This document shows positions 8,068 to 17,023 of a stretch of DNA of 64,000 bases, piece by piece; the first letter of the stretch is position 1, and each line of letters starts with the position of its first letter. Source of the DNA: a virus (taxonomy: Duplodnaviria; Caudoviricetes); IMG/VR virus record IMGVR_UViG_3300020598_000119. One strand, 5' to 3'. Made by a program: the position numbers and the translations under genes. The notes under the pieces are model-generated. The model saw only the letters and a program-made list of their open reading frames with translations. It was not told the origin of the DNA and searched no databases.

Positions 8068-8229
8068 TTAAAATCCTTCTTTCGCCAATACAGCCCGCTG
8101 ACCGCAACCCAGATACGGGAGCGGTAACAAATGGGGGGGATGAGGCAGAGCGGAAACGGCACGCGTCAGGGCGACGCGAGCAGAAACTGCCGCAACCTTT
8201 CCCTGTACTGTCTGTGCCGAAGCGTTCAT
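8068..8229 (-). CDS. leader peptide of the Leu/Pro/His/Tyr tRNA array (53 aa)
   Basis: MNASAQTVQGKVAAVSARVALTRAVSALPHPPHLLPLPYLGCGQRAVLAKEGF*, with a GAGGA RBS. Confidence 0.85.
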   Translation of the reverse strand: MNASAQTVQGKVAAVSARVALTRAVSALPHPPHLLPLPYLGCGQRAVLAKEGF

Positions 8230-8274
8230 CGTTCTATCCTCAAAGTTGGCGACTGGAATTCGTCGTGTTGCCTA

Positions 8275-8303
8275 TAGATGAATGACGTCGGCGAAACTGT
8301 CAA
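8275..8303 (-). promoter_or_regulatory. sigma70-type promoter of array 1
   Basis: TTGACA-N17-CATCTA with upstream A-tracts. Confidence 0.75.
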
Positions 8304-8465
8304 TATGATTTTTGCAATTTCTGATTTTTTATTCCGAGGACGTCCGATGCCGATGAATCATCTCTGAGGCGGATGGCCATTGGATGGCAAAAAGGGGCTG
8401 CAAGAAAATTGTTGGTTTCCAGCAACCGCAGGCACTATCATGAAACAAAATATTGGAGTTTTTCG

Positions 8466-9404
8466 ATGGCAATAGATTTACCTACCGCAGCCATGGCGCT
8501 TATCACCGCACTGGAGAGCGTCACTGGTGTTCAGATTGCTATTCTCGAACGTCGTGATGACCCGGCTGAATTCTGGGCCAGAACCGCAGCAATTCTATGT
8601 GATAAAACAAAACAGAATTGGTGCAGTGAGGACGTTCGCTTCATGACGTCCAATACGGAACTGATGGGGATGTCTCATATAATCGAGTACAACTTCGATG
8701 GGAAGGGGACACGTAGGGTATGCGCACTCCTGCCGCCCATTGCGAACATCGATCCCAATTTCATCGCCAATGCATATGGTTCACCGTATCCGACTATCTA
8801 CGATTTGCCATCGAGTGCGGAAACGGCAAGTTGGCTGATGCTGTATCATGCGGCGCACTGCCTCGACACAGCTCTGTCCGACCAGGAAGAAAACCGAGCT
8901 GTCGCCTTTGCGACTCTAGGGCTTTCGTTGATGGGAGGAGACTACAAGTTTCTGCCAGGAAGGGTACGCTCATCTGCTCGCCAGATTGCGGCCATGACAG
9001 GTAAGGCATCTGGATATTGGGCCGCAGGCACTGGCGAACGCATTCTGATGGATCTCTGGAAGACTGAAACTGGGGACAGGCTCCGGCGCGAGTACGGATG
9101 CTATCCAATAGTGAAACAGAGCAGCTCGATTGATATCGAACGGATTGCACGCGATTCACGCATTCCAGAAGGACAAAACTGCGCTGCAGAAGCAGGTGGG
9201 AACGGTGGTGGCATGCGTACGAACCCGCAGGGCACAATCACGGACGCCAACCTGTGGCTTTGGCTATATGGGCCTCAAAGTGGAGGAACGTCATCACCAA
9301 GGCTTGGCGTGCCCCCGAAGGACTACTATCCGTTTAAGACCTTCAAGGACTTCAGCACCGCCGCCTCTTACGTATTAGAGACAGCCAACAAGCTAGCGCA
9401 GTGA
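8466..9404 (+). CDS. hypothetical protein
   Basis: Start at MAIDLP after GGAG; HAAHC motif resembles a degenerate HExxH. Confidence 0.65.
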   Translation: MAIDLPTAAMALITALESVTGVQIAILERRDDPAEFWARTAAILCDKTKQNWCSEDVRFMTSNTELMGMSHIIEYNFDGKGTRRVCALLPPIANIDPNFIANAYGSPYPTIYDLPSSAETASWLMLYHAAHCLDTALSDQEENRAVAFATLGLSLMGGDYKFLPGRVRSSARQIAAMTGKASGYWAAGTGERILMDLWKTETGDRLRREYGCYPIVKQSSSIDIERIARDSRIPEGQNCAAEAGGNGGGMRTNPQGTITDANLWLWLYGPQSGGTSSPRLGVPPKDYYPFKTFKDFSTAASYVLETANKLAQ

Positions 9405-9710
9405 CGGTGTCGCTGACGGACGGAGTTCGTTGGCACGTCTGACGAGATCGTCGTGCCATGCCTTGGCTTCTGCGTCTGTGTAGGGCCTATAACAGCCAGA
9501 CCCCCAATCGGAATGAACGTAGTTATAGTCTGCGTCGACCTCCAGCGCATCTGCAGCCGCCGACAGGAGTGCAGTGTCAGGGCCAGTGAAGCGATCCTCA
9601 GGGGCGTCGAATTCGGGGTCGTAGTTCGGCGATAAGTTTGCATGCTTCTCAACGAACGCCCTGATTTCGGCGGCCAATGATCGACGTTCATCTGTCATTT
9701 CAAGCTCCAT
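9393..9710 (-). CDS. hypothetical protein
   Basis: 105-aa ORF; C-terminus PSATPSLR. Confidence 0.6.
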   Translation of the reverse strand: MELEMTDERRSLAAEIRAFVEKHANLSPNYDPEFDAPEDRFTGPDTALLSAAADALEVDADYNYVHSDWGSGCYRPYTDAEAKAWHDDLVRRANELRPSATPSLR

Positions 9711-9794
9711 AGTTCCGACTAATGATCAAAACTTACCCTTGAACGCTACAAACGAGCGAAAAAGAGAAAAAATTAAAAAATGCAAAAATGGCCA

Positions 9795-9823
9795 TTGACA
9801 CATTCCGCCGTCTAATTCATATC
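9795..9823 (+). promoter_or_regulatory. sigma70-type promoter of array 2
   Basis: TTGACA-N17-CATATC with upstream A-tracts. Confidence 0.75.
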
Positions 9824-9847
9824 TAGGGAAGATCAAGGAGTTTAGAA

Positions 9848-9940
9848 ATGTTCGTTCAGTCGTCCCAACAGCAATCCAGCCAGTCGAGTTCATCAAGCTC
9901 GAACGCGGTGCTGTGCGCGGTGACTGATCCGAAAATCTGA
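9848..9940 (+). CDS. leader peptide of the Ser/Gln tRNA array (30 aa)
   Basis: MFVQSSQQQSSQSSSSSSNAVLCAVTDPKI*, with an AAGGAG RBS. Confidence 0.9.
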   Translation: MFVQSSQQQSSQSSSSSSNAVLCAVTDPKI

Positions 9941-9967
9941 CCTCAATATCAGATCAAAAGGTTTCAG

Positions 9968-9992
9968 AACCCGCCCAAAAGGCGGGTTTTTT
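9968..9992 (+). terminator. attenuator terminator of tRNA array 2
   Basis: AACCCGCC-CAAAA-GGCGGGTTTTTT, 6 nt before the first tRNA. Confidence 0.9.
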
Positions 9993-9998
9993 GTATGC

Positions 9999-10090
9999 GG
10001 AAACATGGCTGAGAGGCTTAAAGCAGCGGTTTGCTAAACCGTCAGGGAGGTAAAATACCCTCGGGAGTTCGAATCTCCCTGTTTCCGCCA
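9999..10090 (+). tRNA. tRNA-Ser(GCT)
   Basis: Loop TTGCTAA, long variable arm, GCCA end. Confidence 0.94.
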
Positions 10091-10131
10091 CGAATTCGAA
10101 TTTTCTGTCCGCAGGGAATTCAAACAAATAC

Positions 10132-10219
10132 GGAGCTGTGACCGAGTGGCTTAAGGTGGCAGTCTTGAAAACTGATGCGGCTAACCCCGCCGTAGGTTCG
10201 AATCCTACCAGCTCCGCCA
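10132..10219 (+). tRNA. tRNA-Ser(TGA)
   Basis: Loop CTTGAAA, long variable arm, GCCA end. Confidence 0.94.
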
Positions 10220-10253
10220 CAATTTTGGCTTATTTATTTATGGGAGAAGGGCC

Positions 10254-10457
10254 ATGACAGTACACGAAATAAATGCTCCGGTTGATGCCGTAGACGCAGC
10301 TGTCATGGCCCTTGTGGAAGCCCATGTTGATAAGGCTCAACAGGCCAGAGAACGATCCAATCTGAGGGGATGGTTCGTTGGCCAGACGATGAAGCAGCTT
10401 AATGGAACTGCAGAGCGTCAAACAGTCGAAATCGCAGTGAATAAGGCACTGCAATAA
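10254..10457 (+). CDS. stand-alone GatB/YqeY C-terminal tail-like mini-protein
   Basis: LRGWFVGQTMKQLNGTA resembles the GatB tail motif GFFVGQVMKxxxGKA; RBS present. Confidence 0.7.
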   Translation: MTVHEINAPVDAVDAAVMALVEAHVDKAQQARERSNLRGWFVGQTMKQLNGTAERQTVEIAVNKALQ

Positions 10458-10492
10458 TAGGAGTTTCGGCCTAATAAATGGGCCAAAGAATT

Positions 10493-10582
10493 GGAAAGAT
10501 GGCAGAGTCCGGTTGATTGCACTCGCCTCGAAAGCGAGCAAGCCGCAAGGCTTCGGGAGTTCAAATCTCCCTCTTTCCGCCA
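10493..10582 (+). tRNA. tRNA-Ser(CGA)
   Basis: Loop CTCGAAA, GCCA end. Confidence 0.94.
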
Positions 10583-10588
10583 GCACGT

Positions 10589-10662
10589 TGGGGATTAGTT
10601 TAATGGTAGAACGGCGGACTCTGAATCCGTTGGTCCTGGTTCGAGTCCAGGATGCCCAGCCA
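10589..10662 (+). tRNA. tRNA-Gln(CTG)
   Basis: Loop CTCTGAA, U1-A72, one acceptor mismatch, CCA. Confidence 0.9.
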
Positions 10663-10679
10663 AGAATTACGAAATAAAT

Positions 10680-10754
10680 TGGGGCGTCGCCAAGCGGTAA
10701 GGCATCGGTTTTTGGTACCGACATGCGGAGGTTCGAATCCTCCCGCCCCAGCCA
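10680..10754 (+). tRNA. tRNA-Gln(TTG)
   Basis: Loop TTTTGGT, U1-A72, CCA. Confidence 0.94.
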
Positions 10755-10778
10755 TTTTCGTAGTTAATTCGTTAAATT

Positions 10779-10866
10779 GGAGCCGTGGCAGAGTGGTTGA
10801 ATGCACTCGCTTGGAAAGCGGGCAGACCGCAAGGTCTCGGGAGTTCGAACCTCCCCGGCTCCGCCA
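10779..10866 (+). tRNA. tRNA-Ser(GGA)
   Basis: Loop TTGGAAA, GCCA end. Confidence 0.94.
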
Positions 10867-10888
10867 ATTATTAAATAAGGAAAAATCC

Positions 10889-11125
10889 ATGAGCAATGAG
10901 TCGATTAACATCAAAGAACACGTCACTGCAGGACCGTGCACACTCGTTTGCGCGCGAGCAGGCAATCTCTGGTATCGAACTGCTCTTGGATTTGAATTCC
11001 CAGTGCCTTTCTCGGATATGGGTGACGCGACTTTCTCGTCCGAGGAGAAAGGCATGATGCTCATGCGCTACATCCGAAAGCACAATGAAACGATCACTGC
11101 TGCGCGACAACAACAAGTCGCGTAG
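10889..11125 (+). CDS. small hypothetical protein within the tRNA array
   Basis: AAGGA RBS; sequence includes LWYRTALGFEFPVPFSDMGDATF...MRYIRK. Confidence 0.7.
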   Translation: MSNESINIKEHVTAGPCTLVCARAGNLWYRTALGFEFPVPFSDMGDATFSSEEKGMMLMRYIRKHNETITAARQQQVA

Positions 11126-11161
11126 GCAGTCGTCTTTCTCTCATTAGACGACTTTTGATGA

Positions 11162-11236
11162 TGCCGAGTCGTCTAATGGTAGGATCTGAGCCTTTGAAGC
11201 TACAGGACGTGGGTTCGACCCCCACCTCGGCATCCA
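11162..11236 (+). tRNA. tRNA-Gln(TTG), atypical
   Basis: TGCCGAG/CTCGGCA-TCCA, loop CTTTGAA, irregular anticodon stem, U73. Confidence 0.75.
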
Positions 11237-11263
11237 ATTTTAGCCTTGATTACAAAACTTATA

Positions 11264-11539
11264 TCACTTGGAATTGACGGGTGAGTAAGCGTTTGGAATT
11301 GCCCAGTCTCTGGGAAATCTTAAGCCAAATCCCCCACTCTCATCCAGCTCGATGAATTGGACGCCACGTTTCTCCAGCGCCTTCTTAATGCGCAGCTTTG
11401 TTTCAAGTCGTATACCGACGTTCGTTTCCAATTTCGATATTGTCTTGGGGCTGACGCGTGCCGCGATAGCAAGTTCTGCCTGACTGAGGTTCAGACCAAT
11501 CCTCGCGAGGCGCAGTAAGGGCGGCGGCGGCGTATTCAT
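11264..11539 (-). CDS. XRE-family HTH regulator
   Basis: LRLARIGLNLSQAELAIAARVSPKTISKLE. Confidence 0.85.
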   Translation of the reverse strand: MNTPPPPLLRLARIGLNLSQAELAIAARVSPKTISKLETNVGIRLETKLRIKKALEKRGVQFIELDESGGFGLRFPRDWAIPNAYSPVNSK

Positions 11540-11714
11540 CGCCGCTTTGTAGTCTCAAACGGAACAGACGTCATATAAAATTGCGAAAATGCTAATCGCA
11601 GGTATTTTCATGCTAATCACTCGCACAAAAGTGCTAATTGATCGCACGTTTTTCATATGCGCCCGCATCGCCAAAACAGCTCTGCCCCGAATCAGCAGCA
11701 TCAGCCGGAGAATG

Positions 11715-12323
11715 TCAGGCTGCAAGCGTCATGGGCACTGTTGGTAGAGGCTTCTCACCGTTTGAAGCGTAGTGCGACCAGATCGCAAGATCGAAGTCCG
11801 CAGGAGACATTCCTGCCGCCTTTGTCTCGGCAATCATGATCTGCTCCAGTCTAGCATATACCTTACCCGTTGGAACGCCGTTAGGCACGTCGTAGCCGCG
11901 TTCTTTGAGGTACTTTGTAACATGAGTGTCGATGACCGCGATGTTGGCGTTCTCGCGAGAATGCATGATAAAAAAGCGCGATGTCTTCGGTCCTACGCCT
12001 GGTAGCTCTTCCAAGTCCTGTGGAGAAACCCCTCTTAGATCGAGACGGCCGACTTCAGCTGAGTTAGCGAAAGCCGCTTCCAAGAGGGCATACTTCCCCA
12101 TTCGCACTTCTTTCAATCGACCCAGCAGCTCACCGGAATTGGCCAAACGATCAACATATTCGAATGGTGATTCCCCATTAATACGGCCGCTCAGAAATTC
12201 ATCAATTTTCGCTGCAATCATCGTTGCCTTTTTGCCAGCGACGGCCAGACAAAATAGCCAGAATTCCTCAAGCTCTTCAGTCGTACGCTGATAATTGGTG
12301 ATTTTAAACGGATCGATCATCAC
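11715..12323 (-). CDS. HhH-GPD DNA glycosylase-like protein (Ogg-like)
   Basis: HhH motif LPGVGPKTS, AVIDTHV and DFDLAIW. Confidence 0.7.
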   Translation of the reverse strand: MMIDPFKITNYQRTTEELEEFWLFCLAVAGKKATMIAAKIDEFLSGRINGESPFEYVDRLANSGELLGRLKEVRMGKYALLEAAFANSAEVGRLDLRGVSPQDLEELPGVGPKTSRFFIMHSRENANIAVIDTHVTKYLKERGYDVPNGVPTGKVYARLEQIMIAETKAAGMSPADFDLAIWSHYASNGEKPLPTVPMTLAA

Positions 12324-12385
12324 TTAATCCTTTCAATTTTGATGATGATCGAATGATTTATTTATGTCAAATAAGTTGACGCAAA

Positions 12386-13441
12386 TTACCTGCGGCCTTC
12401 GTCAATTGCTCCAAGTGACATCCGCTCGAAGAAATCGGTTGTCATGTCCTGAAACGCCTGCTTTTCATAATCACCATAGGCGAGGAGAAAGGCTGTCGAA
12501 ATTGCCTTCAGCACTTGGAAGAGCTTTTTCTCCGTTGCGTTGGATCGGGCAACCTGACCAGAAAACGTGTTGGCACTGCCATTCTTCAGCAAACCAACGT
12601 GCTTATATCCTGGCTTTGCCAGTCGGTAGGATTTTGCCTTCTCTTGATAGGGCTGCCCAGTGAAATCGATCTCGTTTTCGGCGAGCAGATAGAGGCTCGG
12701 CGCGCTAATGTTGGCCCAGGAAGACTCGTCCAATCCCATGACACCAGGCCCCTGAGGGGACATCATGATGCCCGCGAAGAAGCGTGGATCGGCAAAAGTT
12801 CTACGCTTGCTTTCACCGTCCTTCACAGAGGCCCCAAGGAGCATCTGCGCAACGTAAGCACCGTATCCATGTCCAACGATGATCGGTCGCTCCACATTGA
12901 TTTCCTGCCCGACAGCCTCTTTGATCAGCTGCAGGTCGTCCAACACACTAACACAGGCTTCAGCGCGCTCCTGCCAAGCGACGGGATCTTCAAGCAAGGC
13001 AGAGATCGCCCAATCCGAAACGCTGTCGACAGACGTCTTTCGGAGGGAAGGACCGTTTTCGATGATTGAATCTCGATGAAGTGGCGCAACCACGACAAAG
13101 CCATGGCTTGCCCAATGCCAAAGGAGATCGCGGTAGGCAAGCGGCTCGGCCACGGCTCCATGGCTGAAAACAATAAGGCGAGGGCTTTTGTGGTTTCTGG
13201 GAAAGAAGACCATATAGTCAAAGCCGCGACCTTTCACAGTGGTCGGCGATGCAGAAAATACGTATGGCCCTTGGGTAGCGTAACTCGCGTAGCGCGGATC
13301 GACACCTGGAATGTCTTCCCGAATGATGAGAGGCGAATTATCCGTATCCTGAGCAAACGCCACAGCTGGTAATATGAATGCGGCTGAACCAAGCAGGAAA
13401 AGACGTCTGGTCAAATTACGCATCCACGTGCTCCTGGACAC
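12386..13441 (-). CDS. exported alpha/beta hydrolase-fold protein
   Basis: Tat-like TRRLFL, LIVFSHG and WASHGFVVVAPLH; the nucleophile elbow reads GHGYG. Confidence 0.75.
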   Translation of the reverse strand: MSRSTWMRNLTRRLFLLGSAAFILPAVAFAQDTDNSPLIIREDIPGVDPRYASYATQGPYVFSASPTTVKGRGFDYMVFFPRNHKSPRLIVFSHGAVAEPLAYRDLLWHWASHGFVVVAPLHRDSIIENGPSLRKTSVDSVSDWAISALLEDPVAWQERAEACVSVLDDLQLIKEAVGQEINVERPIIVGHGYGAYVAQMLLGASVKDGESKRRTFADPRFFAGIMMSPQGPGVMGLDESSWANISAPSLYLLAENEIDFTGQPYQEKAKSYRLAKPGYKHVGLLKNGSANTFSGQVARSNATEKKLFQVLKAISTAFLLAYGDYEKQAFQDMTTDFFERMSLGAIDEGRR

Positions 13442-14030
13442 TATCGATCTTCGTCACATGGTAGGTTCCACCGTCCTGGATCACTGACATCGCATGAAGG
13501 AAAGCTTCCTCGCCTCCCAACATTATTGCGAGCTGGCTCACGGTTTCCAAACAGCCGAGCGTATATTCCGTTGTCATAAAGGCGGGAGGTATCAGCTCTT
13601 CACGGCATGCGATCAGAATGCGGGCAACAATCAAACAATGAGCAGCGGCTTCGGTGGATGGAGAAGAAGGCAGGCGAAATGCAGGAGCGTAGGGACGTAT
13701 GGTGAGGCTGTCGATCTCAAGACAATTAAGTAAAATGTCAACGTCCGGCAAAGCTTGGTCAATTGCCGATATAAGTGAAACGACCCAATCACCGGGTGAG
13801 AAAGATTGATTGGTTGAAGGGAAGTCAAACAGCAACGGAGCTTGGCTATCGCTTGGCAAAGGACGCACTATTTCGCCATCCTTCCATCCAGCCAATTCAT
13901 CAGAGGCGAACGTATTCCAGACAATCTCTCCCAAGCGGGAACGGAAATTTGCTGGAGGGATGTAAGGATGTTCAACCTCAAAAATGCTATTTTGCATCGT
14001 CGGTGTCCTTGAAACCGTTTCTTTTCTCAT
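13416..14030 (-). CDS. hypothetical protein
   Basis: 204-aa ORF overlapping the next gene. Confidence 0.5.
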   Translation of the reverse strand: MRKETVSRTPTMQNSIFEVEHPYIPPANFRSRLGEIVWNTFASDELAGWKDGEIVRPLPSDSQAPLLFDFPSTNQSFSPGDWVVSLISAIDQALPDVDILLNCLEIDSLTIRPYAPAFRLPSSPSTEAAAHCLIVARILIACREELIPPAFMTTEYTLGCLETVSQLAIMLGGEEAFLHAMSVIQDGGTYHVTKIDSVQEHVDA

Positions 14031-14084
14031 CCATCATGCTACCTTGATTAAAACACTGCAACCACTTCTAGGGAATTCGACGTC

Positions 14085-14687
14085 TTGAAACACGAAGAAA
14101 TAGACCTGAGTAAGCGTTCTTTTATGAAAATTGCCGCCACGCTTGGTGCGACGGCTGCTCTATGTCCGCTTTCATCTCTAATGCTGCCGGATTCAGCCCT
14201 TGCTGAACCGATGGTGCCACTGCGTCTCTTTAATCCGCATACGGGAGAAACCTATTCTGTTGAACTGTTTTCCGGTTCTCAGTGGAATAAATCAGGTCTC
14301 CTCGTTTGCGATTGGATGATGCGTGACTGGCGTCAGAAACAAGTCGTGAATTGTGATCGCAAACTCTACGCAGCTCTGTACGTTATTCAACGCAAATTCA
14401 ACGTATCGTCTCCGATTGCCATCAATTCTGGCTTTAGAAGTAACGCAACAAACAGAATGCTTCGAGGAAATTCCATAGCCAGAAACGGCGGGCGAGTAAC
14501 AGCAGAATCTCCTGCGGTGAACAGCCAGCATCTCTATGCAAAAGCGGTCGATTTTTCAATCCCAGGCGTCCCAGTTCCCGTTGTTTCTCGTTATGTCAAA
14601 TCGCTAAATATTGGCGGCCTTGGTGTATATAGCACTTTCACACATATGGACACGGGCAGAATTCGCCAATGGGGAAGGCCGATCTAA
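14085..14687 (+). CDS. YcbK/DUF882 M15-family peptidoglycan peptidase
   Basis: Tat-like signal; NPHTGE, RDWR, SGFRS, SQHLYAKAVD and FTHMDTG motifs. Confidence 0.88.
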   Translation: MKHEEIDLSKRSFMKIAATLGATAALCPLSSLMLPDSALAEPMVPLRLFNPHTGETYSVELFSGSQWNKSGLLVCDWMMRDWRQKQVVNCDRKLYAALYVIQRKFNVSSPIAINSGFRSNATNRMLRGNSIARNGGRVTAESPAVNSQHLYAKAVDFSIPGVPVPVVSRYVKSLNIGGLGVYSTFTHMDTGRIRQWGRPI

Positions 14688-15298
14688 TGACATTCAGTCG
14701 CCGAAGTTTTCTCGCCTTGTTGACTGCGGCCGCAGTCACAGGAATGACCGCATCTGTGTCCTTTGCTGACGGGGTTAACGTTGGCGACGTAATAGATAAA
14801 TTCACAAAAATACGCTCAATGTCAGGCGAGTTCGTGCAATTCGACTACAAAGGAAACCAATCAGAAGGGACCTTTGCAATCCTTCGTCCAGGCATGGCTC
14901 GCTTCGATTATCGCAATAAAGGTGGTCTCAACATTCTTGCGGACGGGAAGACCGTGGCTGTCGAAAACAGGCGGCTCAAGACATGGGACCTTTATCCGCT
15001 TTCGCGAACGCCGCTCAACTTACTACTCGGGGATCGGATTGATCTGACGACAGGGATCATCAAATACGTGGTTGAAAAAGACGGCCTCATCGCGGTAATG
15101 CTTGCCGATCAAAAAACATTCGGCAATTCGACCATTGAAATATTTTTTGATAAGAATACAAGCGAGCTACGCCAGTGGACCCTTTTGGATGAAGCTCGAC
15201 GGGAAACGACTGTTGTCGTTCATAACCTGAAGGTCAACACGCCTTTACCGAAGCACGTATTTAGAATCCCATACAAAGACATCCGCGAGCGAAATTAA
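14687..15298 (+). CDS. lolA: LolA-family lipoprotein carrier
   Basis: GEFVQ, RPGMARFDY, ADGKTV and YPLSRTPL. Confidence 0.85.
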   Translation: MTFSRRSFLALLTAAAVTGMTASVSFADGVNVGDVIDKFTKIRSMSGEFVQFDYKGNQSEGTFAILRPGMARFDYRNKGGLNILADGKTVAVENRRLKTWDLYPLSRTPLNLLLGDRIDLTTGIIKYVVEKDGLIAVMLADQKTFGNSTIEIFFDKNTSELRQWTLLDEARRETTVVVHNLKVNTPLPKHVFRIPYKDIRERN

Positions 15299-15364
15299 TC
15301 ACCGGCGCTTGATTCGATCTGGAATTGACGGGGAACATGTGTTTTCAAGCTGTTTGGGAATTAC

Positions 15365-15898
15365 ATGCGCCAGTCAATTATTACCAGTTTCGGATTAGCG
15401 GAAGACGGTCATCCCTGTGAAGCCGCGCTTGAATTTAGACGTCTCGCAATAACAAAACAAATTGCGGACGATTTAAGCGTAAATGGACTCGATCTCGCCA
15501 TCTCATTTGCTTGGGCCGGAAAAGCCATCTCTAGAAGCAAGAAGCTTGATGCGTGGCAACAAACTGGCGTCGATCCCAATACGTGGGAGATAGTTCGGGC
15601 AATGTCCCTTGACGTTGAAATCAGACGCTATGCGCTTAATGATGCTCTCTACGCAGCGCCAGAAGATGCATTTGCAAGCGCGCTCGACCATCTTCGCAAG
15701 GCGTCTGCATTCCAGCGCGCCATGTCATCCATACAAGCAACAATTAGCGTCAGCAGCTCTCAGAGCGATGTCCTATTCTGGATGGGAGAACTTGCTCGGA
15801 TAGCCAAGCAGATACCGGGGCCAGATGTGAAGCCCAGCATCGCCAAGGCCGACAATCTGGTGAACCTAGCTTCCTTCAGAAAAAAGAGGGGCACCTAG
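15365..15898 (+). CDS. hypothetical protein
   Basis: 177-aa ORF. Confidence 0.55.
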   Translation: MRQSIITSFGLAEDGHPCEAALEFRRLAITKQIADDLSVNGLDLAISFAWAGKAISRSKKLDAWQQTGVDPNTWEIVRAMSLDVEIRRYALNDALYAAPEDAFASALDHLRKASAFQRAMSSIQATISVSSSQSDVLFWMGELARIAKQIPGPDVKPSIAKADNLVNLASFRKKRGT

Positions 15899-15899
15899 C

Positions 15900-17021
15900 T
15901 CATTCAGCTGCCATCAGCATCGAGCCGATACCCGCTTCCTTTTCTGCAACCAGGTGCATTTCCAGACTTTTGGCGAGACCAAGCGCGGCAAGATATGGAA
16001 CGCCGTTCCCGATGGTTTTGAAGCATGCGCTGAGCGGCATGTCCTCTGGCAGCTGATACTCAGCCGGAAGTGACTGGATAGCCAAGGCTTCAGAAACGGA
16101 GATGCGACGTGGTTCGTAGGGATGAAGGTGAACTTCGTTATTCCCGTACGCGGCCGTGGGGCTATAGCGCCAACGGTGAAGGCGTTTGAAGGACTTCTTC
16201 TTCACATCCCCTTCGGGAACCGTGTGAAACTTATCCGACTGCGGATTGAACCACATTCCGCCATTCGGGTGGTTTTCGACGTCATTCTGGTCAAACCAAT
16301 GCTGCACAGTCAGTTCGCGCGGAAGACCAAGCCCCTCAGGGAAGTCAAGTTCATCACCTTGAGCGAAGCTCTTTACGGTTGGCCATTCCAAAGCGAGAAC
16401 GTCTTCAGAATGCGTCATCGTGGATTCGAACGGGAACTTCAAGTCTTGACAGCCATGAAGAACCCCGACCAGAAAGATACGCTTGCGGTCCTGGCCGACG
16501 CCATATGCTACAGCACTGGTCAGTCGGTCATGCAGGGTAAATCCTGCATTCGCGACAATGGCCTTCTGTTCATCGTAGAACTGACGATGGACCTTGGTTC
16601 GCCACAACCCTTCGACATTCTCGAATACGAAGAAATCCGGCTTAATTTGGCTGATCAAACCAAAGTAGATGGACGTCAATCGACCATGGTCGCCTTCAGA
16701 ACCAGCGTTTTTGCCACCAATCGAAAAATCGGGGCAGGGCGGTCCACCAACGAAACCAACTTTTCGTCCAGAGCGGCGGATATCGTCGACAACAGCCTTC
16801 AAGATGGCCAAGTGAGCGCCGGAATTGAATTCTTCGATACTACCGAGATGATGGCCATAGCGCGGGCGAGGAGAGCCAAGAAGCTCTCTAGAATGCATAT
16901 AGCCGTCCAGAAACTCTGGAGCGTACTCGTTGACCATATCAATGCGGAAACCCGCATGCTCAAAGCCGAGGTCGAGAAATCCAGCGCCAGTGAAGAAACT
17001 AATAATCGAATGCATTGCCAC
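15900..17021 (-). CDS. DNA (cytosine-5) methyltransferase
   Basis: FTGAG (motif I), GGPPC (IV), FENV (VI), QDRKRIF (VIII) and IGNGV (X). Confidence 0.93.
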   Translation of the reverse strand: MAMHSIISFFTGAGFLDLGFEHAGFRIDMVNEYAPEFLDGYMHSRELLGSPRPRYGHHLGSIEEFNSGAHLAILKAVVDDIRRSGRKVGFVGGPPCPDFSIGGKNAGSEGDHGRLTSIYFGLISQIKPDFFVFENVEGLWRTKVHRQFYDEQKAIVANAGFTLHDRLTSAVAYGVGQDRKRIFLVGVLHGCQDLKFPFESTMTHSEDVLALEWPTVKSFAQGDELDFPEGLGLPRELTVQHWFDQNDVENHPNGGMWFNPQSDKFHTVPEGDVKKKSFKRLHRWRYSPTAAYGNNEVHLHPYEPRRISVSEALAIQSLPAEYQLPEDMPLSACFKTIGNGVPYLAALGLAKSLEMHLVAEKEAGIGSMLMAAE

Positions 17022-17023
17022 AC

